The notes under the pieces: generated by a model | The model's input: the letters and a program-made list of their open reading frames with translations, nothing else | The model's database searches: none | What the model was told of the DNA's origin: nothing | Shown: positions 28,981 to 38,815 of the stretch, in pieces | Position numbering within the stretch: the first letter of the stretch is position 1 | Layout of the letters: the number at the start of each line of letters is the position of its first letter | Source of the DNA: a candidate division FCPU426 bacterium | GTDB lineage: Bacteria > Oederibacteriota > JAAXVQ01 > JAUVAV01 | Length of the DNA: 64,000 bases | NCBI GenBank assembly: GCA_040756875.1 | Contig: JBFLYH010000001.1 | Span: 544,001-608,000 of the forward strand | Direction: 5' to 3' | Program-made: the position numbers and the translations under genes

Positions 28981-29361
28981 TTAACGGGGAACAGTATAGT
29001 TGGCTGCAGCGACCGAGCGCGTGGCGACCAAATCCACTCCCAACCCCAGGAAATTGGCGACAATGACTTGATTGATATCCACGGGACAGTTAAGACGCAG
29101 GCGTTTGACCGCTTCCATGGCTTCCGCCAGCTTCGCTCTGGGGATGGGAAGGCTGGTCCGGACCGGGACCATCTTTATTTCCAAGTTCTGAGCCAGGACC
29201 GTGGTGGCCAAGGTCCGCAGCGGATTTTCGATCTCCTGTTTGCCGTAATCCAGGCCTTTGGGGCATTTATTGCCCGTCAGTCTCACGCAGTATCCCCCCT
29301 CGACCTCGGCTTCGAGTTGGCAGCCTTGGGGACATTCGATGCAGGTCAGCCGGCGAATCAT
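28981..29361 (-). CDS. DUF1667-like CxxC metal-binding protein
   Basis: TCIECPQGC, GNKCPKG..Y..QE...P.R.L.TTV, PVRTS.PIP; usual partner of GlpA-like oxidoreductases. Confidence 0.85.
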   Translation of the reverse strand: MIRRLTCIECPQGCQLEAEVEGGYCVRLTGNKCPKGLDYGKQEIENPLRTLATTVLAQNLEIKMVPVRTSLPIPRAKLAEAMEAVKRLRLNCPVDINQVIVANFLGLGVDLVATRSVAAANYTVPR

Positions 29362-31826
29362 TGGCTGCGCTCCAAATAAGCGGCCGCCTGCCGGCCGGCT
29401 TGAATGCTGTCGCGAGTGACACTGTCCGCGAGATCATAGATTTTAAAAGCGTTCCCGCACACGAACAGGCCGGGAATGGAAGTTTCGTTGGGAGCCTGGC
29501 CAATGGGAGTGTTGGTGTCTGGATTCAAGGCTGCTCCGGCCATTTCGATCAGTTCGTTCTCCGGGATCAGGCCCACGGAAATAAGTACTGTGTCGCAGGG
29601 GATTTCGAAACGGGTCCCGGGTTCTTCCCGCAATTGATCGTCCACCCGCGCAATTTCCACGCGTTCGACCCTCCGCGCGCCGCGGATTGCGGCCACTTTA
29701 TGCCGGAGATATAGAGGGATGCCGAAATCTTCCAGGCATTGGACCACGTTGCGCACCAAGCCCCGGGATTCCTTTTTGATTTCCACCACCGCCTTGACCG
29801 TGGCGCCTTCCAGAGCGAAGCGCCGGGCCATGATCAGGCCGATGTCGCCCGATCCCACGATGACTACCTCGCGGCCAGGCAGCCAGCCTTCAAGATTGAT
29901 CATTTTTTGCGCCAATCCGGCGGGGAACACGCCGGCCGGCCGGTCGCCGGGAATAGGAATCATTTCACGCGTGCGTTCCCGGCAGCCCGTGGCCATGATC
30001 AAGGCGCGGGCCTGTACGGTCGACATCCGTCCGGGCTGAAGGTAGGTCAGTTGTTTGTCCGGGGTAAGCCGGACCGCGAAAGTGGACAGACTTACCTGAA
30101 TATCCGGGCAGCGTCTGAGTTTTTCCAGCCAGCGTCCGGCGAATTCCGGACCCGTGAGATCGGCTTTAAATTGTTGGAGTCCGAATCCCGGGTGAATGCA
30201 CTGATTCAAGATTCCGCCCAGGAACTGGTCCCTCTCCAGCAGCAGGATGTCCCTCACGCCGTGCTCCCAAGCGGAAACTGCGGCTGCCATGCCCGCCGGC
30301 CCGCCGCCGACGATCACCAGGTCGCGGACAGGGAAGTGCGGTGACGGCTTTCGGCGGAACAATGGCCGGTGCCTGGCTGTCACCACAGCCTCAAGATCGC
30401 GGGCTCCGGCCAATACTTCGGAGCCAGGACCGCGCTTGCTCAGGGCCGTGACCGGAAGTCCGAGTTCCTCGGCCATGATCCGCAGGATACGGGTAGTGCA
30501 AAACCCGCCATGGCAGCGGCCGGCCTGGGCGCGGGTCCGGAATTTGATTCCGTCCAGCGTCCGCGCGCCGCGACGGACAGCCTCCCGGATTTCCTGGGCC
30601 GAGACCATCTCGCAGCGGCAAACGATGTCTCCGTAGGCCGGTCGGCGGTTAATGAGGCGGTTGGCGCGGTTCCAGGGCAGGGCGAAGAGGTGCACGGTGG
30701 GTTTGCGCGTTTTGTGGAAGAACCATTTGCGGCGGAGGGACAAGCCGCGGCCGCGCAAGATCTCCGCCACTTCCGCGGCAATGGCAGGCGCAGCCGTGAG
30801 CCCGGGCGATTGAATTCCCGCCACAGTGATCATGCCAGGGGCCGTGTCTTCGTGGCGGACAATGAAATCCGGGCCTGCAACCGGACGCAATCCCGCGAAA
30901 TAGGCGATGATGTCCCGGCCTTTGATGGAGGGAATCAGGCGGCGGGCCGATGCCAGCACGTTCTCCAGCCCGGCGTCGGTGGTGGAAAGGTCATCGCGGT
31001 TGGCACCGTCTTCAGCCGTGGGGCCGATCATGGGATTGCCGTCCGAGGTTTTGATGATAAGCGTGCCTTTGGAAACCGGCGTGGGCAGAGGAAACAGGAG
31101 GTGGCGGGAAATCCGTTCCCGCTTTTTATCCAGCAGGAATTCCTCGCCTTTGCGGGGGGTGATGACAAAGTCGTTGATTCCCGCCAGTCGCGCCACTTGG
31201 TCGCTGAACAATCCGGCGGCATTGACGACAAAACGGGAAGAGAAACGGCCACCCTGGCGGGTGGAAATCAGGAAACCGGATGCGTTGCGCTCGATGGCCG
31301 TTACTTCGGAGGAGGTGAAAAGCGCAACGCCGTTTTGGGCTGCGTTTTCCAGCAAGTCGTAGACCAGGCGGTAGGGGCTGACAATGCCCGCGGTTGGCGC
31401 GTACAAGGCGGCCACGGCGTCCGGATTGAGCAGGGGTTCTTGTTCACGCAGCCAGGCTTGATCCACGATCCGCAAACCGGGCACGCCCAGGTTTTCAGCC
31501 TCCTGCTTGAGCCGCGACAATTCGGCGCGGTCTTCCTCCCGGAAGATCACTACCAGTTCGCCCACTTCCTTGAAATCCACACCCAAGTCCCTGGCCAGGG
31601 AATGCAGACGGCGGTTGCCTTCGACGCACAGGCGGCCCTTGAGGGAGCCGGGCGGATTGTGGGTGCCCGGATGGATGATGCCGGAGTTGGATTTGGAAAC
31701 GCCAAAGGCCGGTTCGATTTCTTTTTCCAGAAGGGCGATCCGGAGACGGTATTGGGAGAGTTCGCGGGCAATGGCCGCCCCGATGACGCCTCCGCCTATG
31801 ATCAATACGTCGAAGCGGTCGGGCAT
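29358..31826 (-). CDS. Fused FAD-dependent glycerol-3-phosphate dehydrogenase-like (GlpA/LhgO family) + BFD-like [2Fe-2S] + NAD(P)/FAD oxidoreductase
   Basis: GGGVIG, SKSNSGIIH, GIQSPGLTAAPA; CRCE...GRCHGGFC; second GGGPAG, GGILNQCIHPGFG, MATGCRER, GSGDIG; start moved to ATG 31826 right after the glpK stop. Confidence 0.88.
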   Translation of the reverse strand: MPDRFDVLIIGGGVIGAAIARELSQYRLRIALLEKEIEPAFGVSKSNSGIIHPGTHNPPGSLKGRLCVEGNRRLHSLARDLGVDFKEVGELVVIFREEDRAELSRLKQEAENLGVPGLRIVDQAWLREQEPLLNPDAVAALYAPTAGIVSPYRLVYDLLENAAQNGVALFTSSEVTAIERNASGFLISTRQGGRFSSRFVVNAAGLFSDQVARLAGINDFVITPRKGEEFLLDKKRERISRHLLFPLPTPVSKGTLIIKTSDGNPMIGPTAEDGANRDDLSTTDAGLENVLASARRLIPSIKGRDIIAYFAGLRPVAGPDFIVRHEDTAPGMITVAGIQSPGLTAAPAIAAEVAEILRGRGLSLRRKWFFHKTRKPTVHLFALPWNRANRLINRRPAYGDIVCRCEMVSAQEIREAVRRGARTLDGIKFRTRAQAGRCHGGFCTTRILRIMAEELGLPVTALSKRGPGSEVLAGARDLEAVVTARHRPLFRRKPSPHFPVRDLVIVGGGPAGMAAAVSAWEHGVRDILLLERDQFLGGILNQCIHPGFGLQQFKADLTGPEFAGRWLEKLRRCPDIQVSLSTFAVRLTPDKQLTYLQPGRMSTVQARALIMATGCRERTREMIPIPGDRPAGVFPAGLAQKMINLEGWLPGREVVIVGSGDIGLIMARRFALEGATVKAVVEIKKESRGLVRNVVQCLEDFGIPLYLRHKVAAIRGARRVERVEIARVDDQLREEPGTRFEIPCDTVLISVGLIPENELIEMAGAALNPDTNTPIGQAPNETSIPGLFVCGNAFKIYDLADSVTRDSIQAGRQAAAYLERSQ

Positions 31827-31827
31827 T

Positions 31828-33309
31828 TCAGGGGCGGGTGCGGGCCCGCTCGACCGCGTCCTTCCATCCGGCATAGAGACGCTGGACGAAAGCGGGTTTC
31901 AGACGCGGTTTGAATACGCGGTCAAGCATCCAATGTTTCTTGATCTCGTCGGCGTTTTTCCAAAACCCAACGGCCAAACCTGCAAGGTAAGCGGCGCCCA
32001 GGGCGGTGAGTTCCCTGACCCGGGGGCGTACGACCCGCAGGCCGAGCACGTCGGCTTGGAACTGGCAGAGAAAATCATTGGCTGTGGCGCCGCCGTCGAT
32101 CTGCAAGGCTTTAACCGCCAGTCCGGAGTCCAGACGCATGGCTTCGAACACGTCCCGGGTGGCGTACGCCATGGCTTCCAGAGCGGCGCGGACCAGATGC
32201 TCACGGCGGGTGCCGCGGGTGAGGCCGACGATGGTGCCGCGGGCATCGGCATCCCAATAAGGCGCTCCCAGCCCCACCAGCGCCGGCACGAAGTAGACGC
32301 CTTCGTTGCCCGGCAGGGAACGGGCGAGCGCCTCGGATTCCGAGGCCGTGGCGAGCAGTTTCAAACCGTCCCGCAGCCATTGGATCGCCGCGCCGGCGAT
32401 GAAGATCGATCCCTCCAACACATACACCGGACGGCCGCGGCCATCGCAACCCAGGGTGGTGATCAAGCCGTGGCGGGAATGGGGGCGTTTGGTTCCCGCA
32501 TTCAGCAGCATGAAGCAGCCGGTGCCATAGGTGTTTTTCAGGGTCCCGGGCGCAAAGCAGGTTTGCCCGAACAGCGCGGCCTGCTGGTCGCCTGCCATGC
32601 CGGCAATGGGGAGGCCGGCCGGGAGGAAACCGAGTTTTGCCGTCCGGCCGAACAGGCCGCTGGAAGGCAGCACATCAGGCAGGATGCCGGTTGGAATGCC
32701 GAATTTTTTCAAGATATCCGGATCCCACTGCTTGCGGTCCAGGTTGAAGAGCAGCGTGCGGGAGGCATTGGTGAAATCCGTGGCGTGTTTCTGGCCGCGG
32801 GTCAGGTTCCAGAGCAACCAGGTGTCAATGGTGCCGAAGCGCAATCTGCCGGCGCGGGCCAGGCTGCGGCAGCGGGGCATATGCTTAAGCAGCCATTCGA
32901 TTTTGGTGCCGGAAAAGTACGCATCCACTGGCAGGCCTGTGCGGCGGCGGAAAAAACCGCCCAGGCCCTCGGCCGTCAATTCGCGGCAGCGGTCCGCTGT
33001 GCGCCGGCACTGCCAGACAATAGCCCGGTGGACCGGCTGGCCGGTCTGCTGGTCCCACAGGACCGTGGTTTCACGCTGGTTGGTGATGCCGATGGCAACG
33101 ATCCTGGCCAAGGGCGCCTGGGCGAGCGTTTCCCGGATGGAACGCCGGACACTGGCCCAGATCTCGAGTGCGTCATGTTCGACCCAGCCGGGCCGGGGAT
33201 AATATTGGGGGAATTCATGGTATGCCTGGGCCACGGCACGGCCTTGGACGCTGTATAAAATGGCGCGGCTGCCGGTGGTTCCCTGATCCAGGGCCAGGAT
33301 CACGTCCAT
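31828..33309 (-). CDS. glpK: Glycerol kinase
   Basis: ALDQGTTGSR, GITNQRETT, AIVWQCRRT, DAYFSGTK, GDQQAALFGQ, KNTYGTG; start MDVIL at 33309. Confidence 0.97.
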   Translation of the reverse strand: MDVILALDQGTTGSRAILYSVQGRAVAQAYHEFPQYYPRPGWVEHDALEIWASVRRSIRETLAQAPLARIVAIGITNQRETTVLWDQQTGQPVHRAIVWQCRRTADRCRELTAEGLGGFFRRRTGLPVDAYFSGTKIEWLLKHMPRCRSLARAGRLRFGTIDTWLLWNLTRGQKHATDFTNASRTLLFNLDRKQWDPDILKKFGIPTGILPDVLPSSGLFGRTAKLGFLPAGLPIAGMAGDQQAALFGQTCFAPGTLKNTYGTGCFMLLNAGTKRPHSRHGLITTLGCDGRGRPVYVLEGSIFIAGAAIQWLRDGLKLLATASESEALARSLPGNEGVYFVPALVGLGAPYWDADARGTIVGLTRGTRREHLVRAALEAMAYATRDVFEAMRLDSGLAVKALQIDGGATANDFLCQFQADVLGLRVVRPRVRELTALGAAYLAGLAVGFWKNADEIKKHWMLDRVFKPRLKPAFVQRLYAGWKDAVERARTRP

Positions 33310-33313
33310 GCCT

Positions 33314-34132
33314 TCACATCCTTTGCGCGAACCAAGTCTCCACGTCCTTGAAGACGCGTTCGCGCTCGCGCTCGGCATGCAATACGTGCAGCATGTCCGG
33401 GTACGCCAGGAAGGTTTTGTCGCGGAGTGGCATGCGTTCGAAAACCTTGCGGACCGCCCGGTTGTCGCCGAACTGGTCCTGCCCGGCGGTCAGGAACAGG
33501 GTGGGCAGTTGCAGTTGCCTGGCAGAACGCAGGACCCGGGTTTGTTCCAGCAAGATATTGACGAGCAGTTTGGCGCTGGCCACCCGCAATTCCAGCGGGT
33601 CGGCGTCCATGGTTTGCCTGACCGCTGGATCGCTGGTGCACATGGCCGTGTTGAACGGAAGGGAAATAGTCCGGCGCGGATTGAAAACCAGGGACGAAAA
33701 CACCTTGAGGTAGTCTGCCAAAGGGAAAGAGAGTGTGCTGACGAAAACCGGCGAGCTGAGAATGAGGCCTGCCAACCCTTGGGGCTGACCGGCGGCGAAG
33801 TTGACGGCAATGACCCCGCCCATGCTTTCGCCGTAGAGAAAAACCGGCAGCGAGGGATGGCGGGATTTGATCCGGCGGAGCAGCAGGGCGAGGTCGCGGT
33901 CGTATTGCCGGAAAGAATCGATGTGACCGCGAGGGCCCGGGGTGGCGCCGAAGCCTTTGAGGTCCGGCGCATAAATCGTCGTTTGCCGCGGTTGGAAATA
34001 ATCCGCCAGGTATTGCCAGCGGCCGGCGTGCGCGCCCAAGCCGTGGACCAGGAGCAGGACAGCCCGGGGCTGAGCGGATTCCCAGCAGCGGTAGAGGATG
34101 TCAGTGTCGGTCAGGGTGAGCAGATCCGCCAT
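33314..34132 (-). CDS. Alpha/beta hydrolase, monoacylglycerol lipase/lysophospholipase family
   Basis: LVHGLGAH, DLKGFG.TPGPRG, GESMGG nucleophile elbow, YPDMLH..H.E. Confidence 0.88.
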   Translation of the reverse strand: MADLLTLTDTDILYRCWESAQPRAVLLLVHGLGAHAGRWQYLADYFQPRQTTIYAPDLKGFGATPGPRGHIDSFRQYDRDLALLLRRIKSRHPSLPVFLYGESMGGVIAVNFAAGQPQGLAGLILSSPVFVSTLSFPLADYLKVFSSLVFNPRRTISLPFNTAMCTSDPAVRQTMDADPLELRVASAKLLVNILLEQTRVLRSARQLQLPTLFLTAGQDQFGDNRAVRKVFERMPLRDKTFLAYPDMLHVLHAERERERVFKDVETWFAQRM

Positions 34133-34205
34133 GCTTTCATTATAGCACGGCTACGCCCGGGGTGTTTCTGTATCCTTTTCGGAAAAGCGGGGAAGAAGGG
34201 TGGAA

Positions 34206-34865
34206 TCAGGCCGGCTTGGCGTTTTTCAACTGCCGGATGACAGCCGCCGGATCCGGCTGGCCAAACACGGCATTGCCGGCGATGAGCACATTCGCTCCGG
34301 CGGCGATGACCCGGGGCGCGGTTTCGAGATTGATGCCGCCGTCCACGGCGATATCCAACTGGTACCCGTGGCGGTCGATCAGCGCCCGGGCGGCTTCGAT
34401 TTTAGGCAAGGTTTCGGGTAAAAAGGCCTGGCCGCCGAATCCGGGTTCCACGGTCATGATCAGGAGGGTTTGCACGACCGGCAGGTACGGCTCGACCGAG
34501 GCCAGAGGCGTTTTGGGTTTGATCGAGACGCCCGCCTGGGCGCCGAGCTCGCGTATCTTCGCCAGCACGGCCAGCGCCTGGGGCACGGCTTCGGCGTGGA
34601 TGATGATGCGGTCCGCGCCGGCGGCCACGAAGGCTTCCAGGAATTTGGCCGGGTCGTTGATCATGAGGTGCGCTTCCAACAACAGGCGGGTGTGGGGCCG
34701 GATCGAACGGATCAGGGGCGGGCCGAAGGTGATGTTCGGCACAAAGCAGCCGTCCATGACGTCAAGGTGCAGCAAATCGGCGCCGCCCTCCTCCACCCGG
34801 CGAATATCTTCGCGCAGGCAGCTGAAGTCCGCGGACAGCAGCGAGGGTGCGATAAGGGGGTTCAT
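34206..34865 (-). CDS. rpe: Ribulose-phosphate 3-epimerase
   Basis: IAPSLLSADF, HLDVMDG.FVPNITFG, MTVEPGFGGQ, VDGGI. Confidence 0.98.
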   Translation of the reverse strand: MNPLIAPSLLSADFSCLREDIRRVEEGGADLLHLDVMDGCFVPNITFGPPLIRSIRPHTRLLLEAHLMINDPAKFLEAFVAAGADRIIIHAEAVPQALAVLAKIRELGAQAGVSIKPKTPLASVEPYLPVVQTLLIMTVEPGFGGQAFLPETLPKIEAARALIDRHGYQLDIAVDGGINLETAPRVIAAGANVLIAGNAVFGQPDPAAVIRQLKNAKPA

Positions 34866-34892
34866 GCCAAGCTCCTGAAAGTTAAATTGACT

Positions 34893-34975
34893 ATCATTCC
34901 GGCCCGAAGGGAGCCGGAATCCAGAGATGTTGATTTGAAAGCATTTTCTGGACCCCGGCTTTCGCCGGGGTGACG
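34893..34975. repeat. REP/dRS3-like palindromic element, copy 2 (both arms)
   Basis: ATCATTCCGGC...GCCGGAATCCAG-spacer-CTGGACCCCGGCTTTCGCCGGGGTGACG. Confidence 0.75.
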
Positions 34976-35034
34976 ATTAAAAAAACAGCAATACGACACC
35001 GTCCCATCCTGGGGAGGGGAATTTATCTGTATAT

Positions 35035-35997
35035 TTAGGGCAAGCTGCGTTCCTCTTGAAGTTTGCCGTTGAGATAAATAAACAGACGGGCGCGTTCGCC
35101 GCTGATGGTCCGGCTTAAACTCAACTGCGCCTCGGGTTTTTCCATGGCATTGTACACTTCGTGCAAGCCGGTGTCATCCTGCAACATCAGCTTGACCCTG
35201 ACTTCCATGCCGCCGGCGGGCACCAGGTATTCCAGCCTCACCAGCTGCGTAATTCCTTGTTCCTGGCTCTGCGAGGTGGCCACCAGTCCAGCGGGGTTGC
35301 CCCCCTGGACCCTGGAACCGGCCAGGGGCGTCTGCTCCACCACTGTGCCGGTGGGGCGGCTGTCGTCCACTTTACGCTTGATTTCCTGCACTTCGATGCC
35401 GACTTCGTGCAGGAAAGCAACGGCTTCATCCACGTGCCAGCCGATCAGGCTGGGCATGATGAACCACTGCGGCCGCGGGCCCTGGGAAACCAGGAGGTCG
35501 ACATTGGAACCTCGGCTGGAGCGCGCGTCCGGTTCGGGGAACTGCGCCAGCACGGCGTCTTTTTCGGTTCCGGCGTCGAACAAACGGGAAATCCGCCCCG
35601 GGTTCAATCCGATGGATTGCAGTTTTTGCAAAGCGTCGGTCAACGGAAGGCCGGCCAGCGCCGGGACTTCCAGTGCGCTGGCGCCCCGCGAGACAGTGAC
35701 CTTGACCGCTTGGCCGCTGGTCAGCTTGGAGCCGGCGGCCGGCTGTTGGGACAGCACGCGGTTGGCTACCACCCGCTGGTCGAATTGGTAGCCCGCGATT
35801 TCCAGGGACAGACGCTTGACACGCAGCAGGCTCCGGGCGGATTCAACGCTTTTATTCGACAGGTCCGGAACGACCATTTCGGACAGGCGGTTCAGCGCCT
35901 GCCGCGTCAGGATGAATCCGGTGCTGAAACAGACCAGAGCGCAGAGGAATACGATCAGGGCAAAAGCCCGGCGGCGGGAGGCGAGGGTGGTTTTCAT
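35035..35997 (-). CDS. Membrane-anchored PASTA-domain protein (3 PASTA repeats)
   Basis: N-terminal TM; VPDL...SQQP.AG...VSRG, VPALAG...AQFP, MPSLIG...EQTP; start MKTT overlaps rlmN stop (ATGA). Confidence 0.88.
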   Translation of the reverse strand: MKTTLASRRRAFALIVFLCALVCFSTGFILTRQALNRLSEMVVPDLSNKSVESARSLLRVKRLSLEIAGYQFDQRVVANRVLSQQPAAGSKLTSGQAVKVTVSRGASALEVPALAGLPLTDALQKLQSIGLNPGRISRLFDAGTEKDAVLAQFPEPDARSSRGSNVDLLVSQGPRPQWFIMPSLIGWHVDEAVAFLHEVGIEVQEIKRKVDDSRPTGTVVEQTPLAGSRVQGGNPAGLVATSQSQEQGITQLVRLEYLVPAGGMEVRVKLMLQDDTGLHEVYNAMEKPEAQLSLSRTISGERARLFIYLNGKLQEERSLP

Positions 35998-37070
35998 AAG
36001 CGCCCCTGGGAGGAAAAGACGCGGCCAGAACGGGCGGGGTCCTGGATGCGCCTGGTTTGGCCGGCCAGCTGGCCGCAGGCAGCCGCAATGCCGCTGCCGC
36101 GGGAGGTCCGCAGCGTGCACAGCAAACGGTGGCTCCGCAATTCGCGCGTAAAGGCTGCCACCGCTTCGTCGTCCGGAGCGTGAAACTCGCCGTCCGGTAC
36201 GGGATTATAGGCGATGAGGTTGATTTTGCAGGGGAGATTGCGCAACAGGCGTCCGACGGCTCGGGCGTCTTGCGGCCGGTCGTTGACGCCGCCCAGGAGC
36301 ACGTACTCGATGCAGACCGGATCTCCGGAGGCCTGCGTATATCTCCGCAGGGCTTCCATGACACGTTCCAATGGAAAACGGCGGTTGACCGGCATCAGAC
36401 GGTTGCGAAGCATTCCGTCCGGAGCATTGAGCGAGAAAGCCAGTTTGGCCGGCAACGGAAAACGGCTCAAGGCCTCCAATCCGGGCAGCCAGCCGCTAGT
36501 GGATACGACGGTTTTTTTAGGAGAGAAGTTCCAGGCTTGCGGATGGGTCAGCTGTTCCAGGGCGCTGCGGACCGCATCGAGATTCTGCAGGGGTTCGCCC
36601 ATGCCCATCAGAACCAGGTTGGTGGGGCGCTGGTCCAGGCGCAGGGCCAGGCTCCGGATTTGGCCGATGATCTCGCCGGCGGTCAGGGAACGCCGGAGAC
36701 CGCCCCGGGCGCTGGCGCAGAAGCGGCAGCCCATAGCGCATCCTGCCTGAGTGGACAGGCAGAAAGTGAGCCGGTCGTCCTTGGGGATGGCGACGCTTTC
36801 GATGGTTTCTCGGTCCGCGAGCCGGAAGACCGCTTTCAGCGTTCCGTCCGGGGCCTCGTATTCATTCTCAGGAAGCCAAGGCTTGGGCAGTTGGAAGGCA
36901 TGATCCAGTTGTTGCCTGAGCGCGACAGGCAGGGAAGTCGCCTGGCGGAAACTTGCGGCTCCGGGCTCCCAGGCCGCGGCGATAACCTGTTTGGTCCGAT
37001 AGGCGGACTCTCCCCAGGCGAGCAATTGGGCTTGAAGTTGGCTGGGGGAAAGATCGAAAAAATCCTGCAT
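35994..37070 (-). CDS. rlmN: 23S rRNA m2A2503/tRNA m2A37 methyltransferase RlmN
   Basis: CLSTQAGCAMGCRFC, MGMGEPL, EYVLLGGVND, INLIAYN, IAAACGQL. Confidence 0.96.
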   Translation of the reverse strand: MQDFFDLSPSQLQAQLLAWGESAYRTKQVIAAAWEPGAASFRQATSLPVALRQQLDHAFQLPKPWLPENEYEAPDGTLKAVFRLADRETIESVAIPKDDRLTFCLSTQAGCAMGCRFCASARGGLRRSLTAGEIIGQIRSLALRLDQRPTNLVLMGMGEPLQNLDAVRSALEQLTHPQAWNFSPKKTVVSTSGWLPGLEALSRFPLPAKLAFSLNAPDGMLRNRLMPVNRRFPLERVMEALRRYTQASGDPVCIEYVLLGGVNDRPQDARAVGRLLRNLPCKINLIAYNPVPDGEFHAPDDEAVAAFTRELRSHRLLCTLRTSRGSGIAAACGQLAGQTRRIQDPARSGRVFSSQGRL

Positions 37071-37172
37071 GCCTTTGCCGGCTGTTTCCTTCGGATGAAG
37101 TTGGGATGGCTGGCCCGAGAGGGTGCATCAAACCTCGCAAAATGCCTCCGCTTTCACGGGACAAGCGAAAAA

Positions 37173-37238
37173 AGTATAACTCCCGTCCCTGAAATGTCAA
37201 ACAAAAATCTTGCGCTTGCTTCCAGTAAATGCTATAAA
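37173..37238. promoter_or_regulatory. Divergent sigma70 promoters for rlmN (-) and hisG (+)
   Basis: Minus: TTGACA-N16-TATACT (37200-37173); plus: TTGCGC-N17-TATAAA with TG extension (37210-37238). Confidence 0.5.
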
Positions 37239-37269
37239 AATATTCTCTTTTCTGAACAAGGAGAATTGC

Positions 37270-38181
37270 ATGACCGCCAATCGTAAACGCGTTTCCAGCC
37301 GCCCCGTCCGTCCCCTGGTCCGGCTGGCCCTGCCTGCTGGCAGTCTGAAAGAAGCCACGTTTGCCTTGATGAAAAAGGCCGGATATGTCCTGCGTGGGAC
37401 CTCCCGCTCCTATTTCCCTCAAATTGATGACCAGGAATTCGAAGTCATGCTGGTCCGGGCCCAGGAAATTCCCAGATATGTCGCAGCCGGTGCCATGGAT
37501 GCGGGTCTGACCGGCCTGGATTGGACCATGGAAAACGGAGCCAAAGTGGAAAAGGTGAGCGAGCTGGTCTACGCCAAACAGGGGTTGGGGAAGGTTCGCT
37601 GGGTGCTGGCGGTTCCCGAGGATTCCCCCATCCGGTCGGTCCGGGACTTGAAAGGCAAACGCGTGGCCACCGAGCTGGTCAATGTCGTTAAAAAGTATTT
37701 GCGCCAGCACCGGGTTCAGGCGCTGGTGGAGTATTCCTGGGGAGCGACCGAAGCCAAGCCGCCCAAGCTGGCGGATGCAGTGGTGGAACTGACCGAAACC
37801 GGCAGTTCGCTGCGGGCCAACAAACTGCGCATCGTGGATACGGTGATGTCCTCGGCCACGGTGCTGATCGCGAACCCGAAAGCGTGGAAAAATCCCGTCC
37901 AGCGGCGAAAATTGGAAAACCTGGCGATGCTTCTGCAGGGCGCGCTTTTGGCTGAAGTGAAAGTCGGGCTCAAACTGAATGTGCGCCGCGGCAACCTGAA
38001 ACAGGTGCTGGCCTTGCTGCCGGCCCTGAAAGAGCCGACCGTGGCGCCGCTGACCGATCCGGACTGGCTCGACGTGGAGACGATCATCGATGAAAGCGTG
38101 GCCCGTGATCTGATCCCCAGACTCAAGGCTGCAGGCGCGCAGGGAATTATTGAATACCCTCTGAATAAAGTAGTATTATAG
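37270..38181 (+). CDS. hisG: ATP phosphoribosyltransferase (long form)
   Basis: LALPAGSL, RAQEIP.YV, SWGATEAK, ETGSSLRAN, C-terminal ACT-like domain GIIEYPLNK; start ATG 37270 after AAGGAG. Confidence 0.96.
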   Translation: MTANRKRVSSRPVRPLVRLALPAGSLKEATFALMKKAGYVLRGTSRSYFPQIDDQEFEVMLVRAQEIPRYVAAGAMDAGLTGLDWTMENGAKVEKVSELVYAKQGLGKVRWVLAVPEDSPIRSVRDLKGKRVATELVNVVKKYLRQHRVQALVEYSWGATEAKPPKLADAVVELTETGSSLRANKLRIVDTVMSSATVLIANPKAWKNPVQRRKLENLAMLLQGALLAEVKVGLKLNVRRGNLKQVLALLPALKEPTVAPLTDPDWLDVETIIDESVARDLIPRLKAAGAQGIIEYPLNKVVL

Positions 38182-38243
38182 CTGGATGGAGGCATCCTCG
38201 CTGCGGCCGGATATCAGCCGGGCGGACCGATACGGAGACTGAT

Positions 38244-38738
38244 GTGGCGCGAGCTGGCTGGTTAAGCGGGGTTCTGGTGCTGCTGCTGGCCGCTGTCGCC
38301 GCAGCTTCACAGCCTCCTGGCGCCGAAGAACAGGCGCCCCATGCCGGCGAGAAACGGATTGAGGCCCAGGGAAGCACGCCCCCTGCCGCGGCCGAACCGG
38401 ACGGCCAGGCCGAGGAAATCGAATCCGAGCAGTTGTCGTACTCGGAGAACCGGGGATGGCAGGATTTCGAGGTTCACTTTTTCGTGTCCCTGCCGTTTAC
38501 GGCGCTGTACAGTTATCTGGCCCTGACTTCGCTTGACGCCGCGGTGCAGGGTCGCTTTCCCTCTGAGTTTCGCCAGGCGGATATGTGGATGGTCATCGGC
38601 ATGGCTGCGGGCAGCTCGCTGGCGATCGCTTTAGGAAGCCTCGACCGGGTGCCTGACCAGAGCCAGGATGTATTGCCAGGACAAGCAGCCCCGGTTTCCC
38701 GCCCGGCTACGCTGGCGGCGGTGGAGATTCGTTTTTAG
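38244..38738 (+). CDS. Hypothetical exported/membrane protein
   Basis: Signal-peptide-like N-terminus and two hydrophobic segments (FFVSLPFTALY, WMVIGMAAG). Confidence 0.6.
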   Translation: MARAGWLSGVLVLLLAAVAAASQPPGAEEQAPHAGEKRIEAQGSTPPAAAEPDGQAEEIESEQLSYSENRGWQDFEVHFFVSLPFTALYSYLALTSLDAAVQGRFPSEFRQADMWMVIGMAAGSSLAIALGSLDRVPDQSQDVLPGQAAPVSRPATLAAVEIRF

Positions 38739-38815
38739 CCGTGAGCCCTCCGGGCGAAGCCCGGGGAGGCAGGTGTTGCGGAATAGCGCAACCCACGGCG
38801 CGAAGGAGGATTTCG

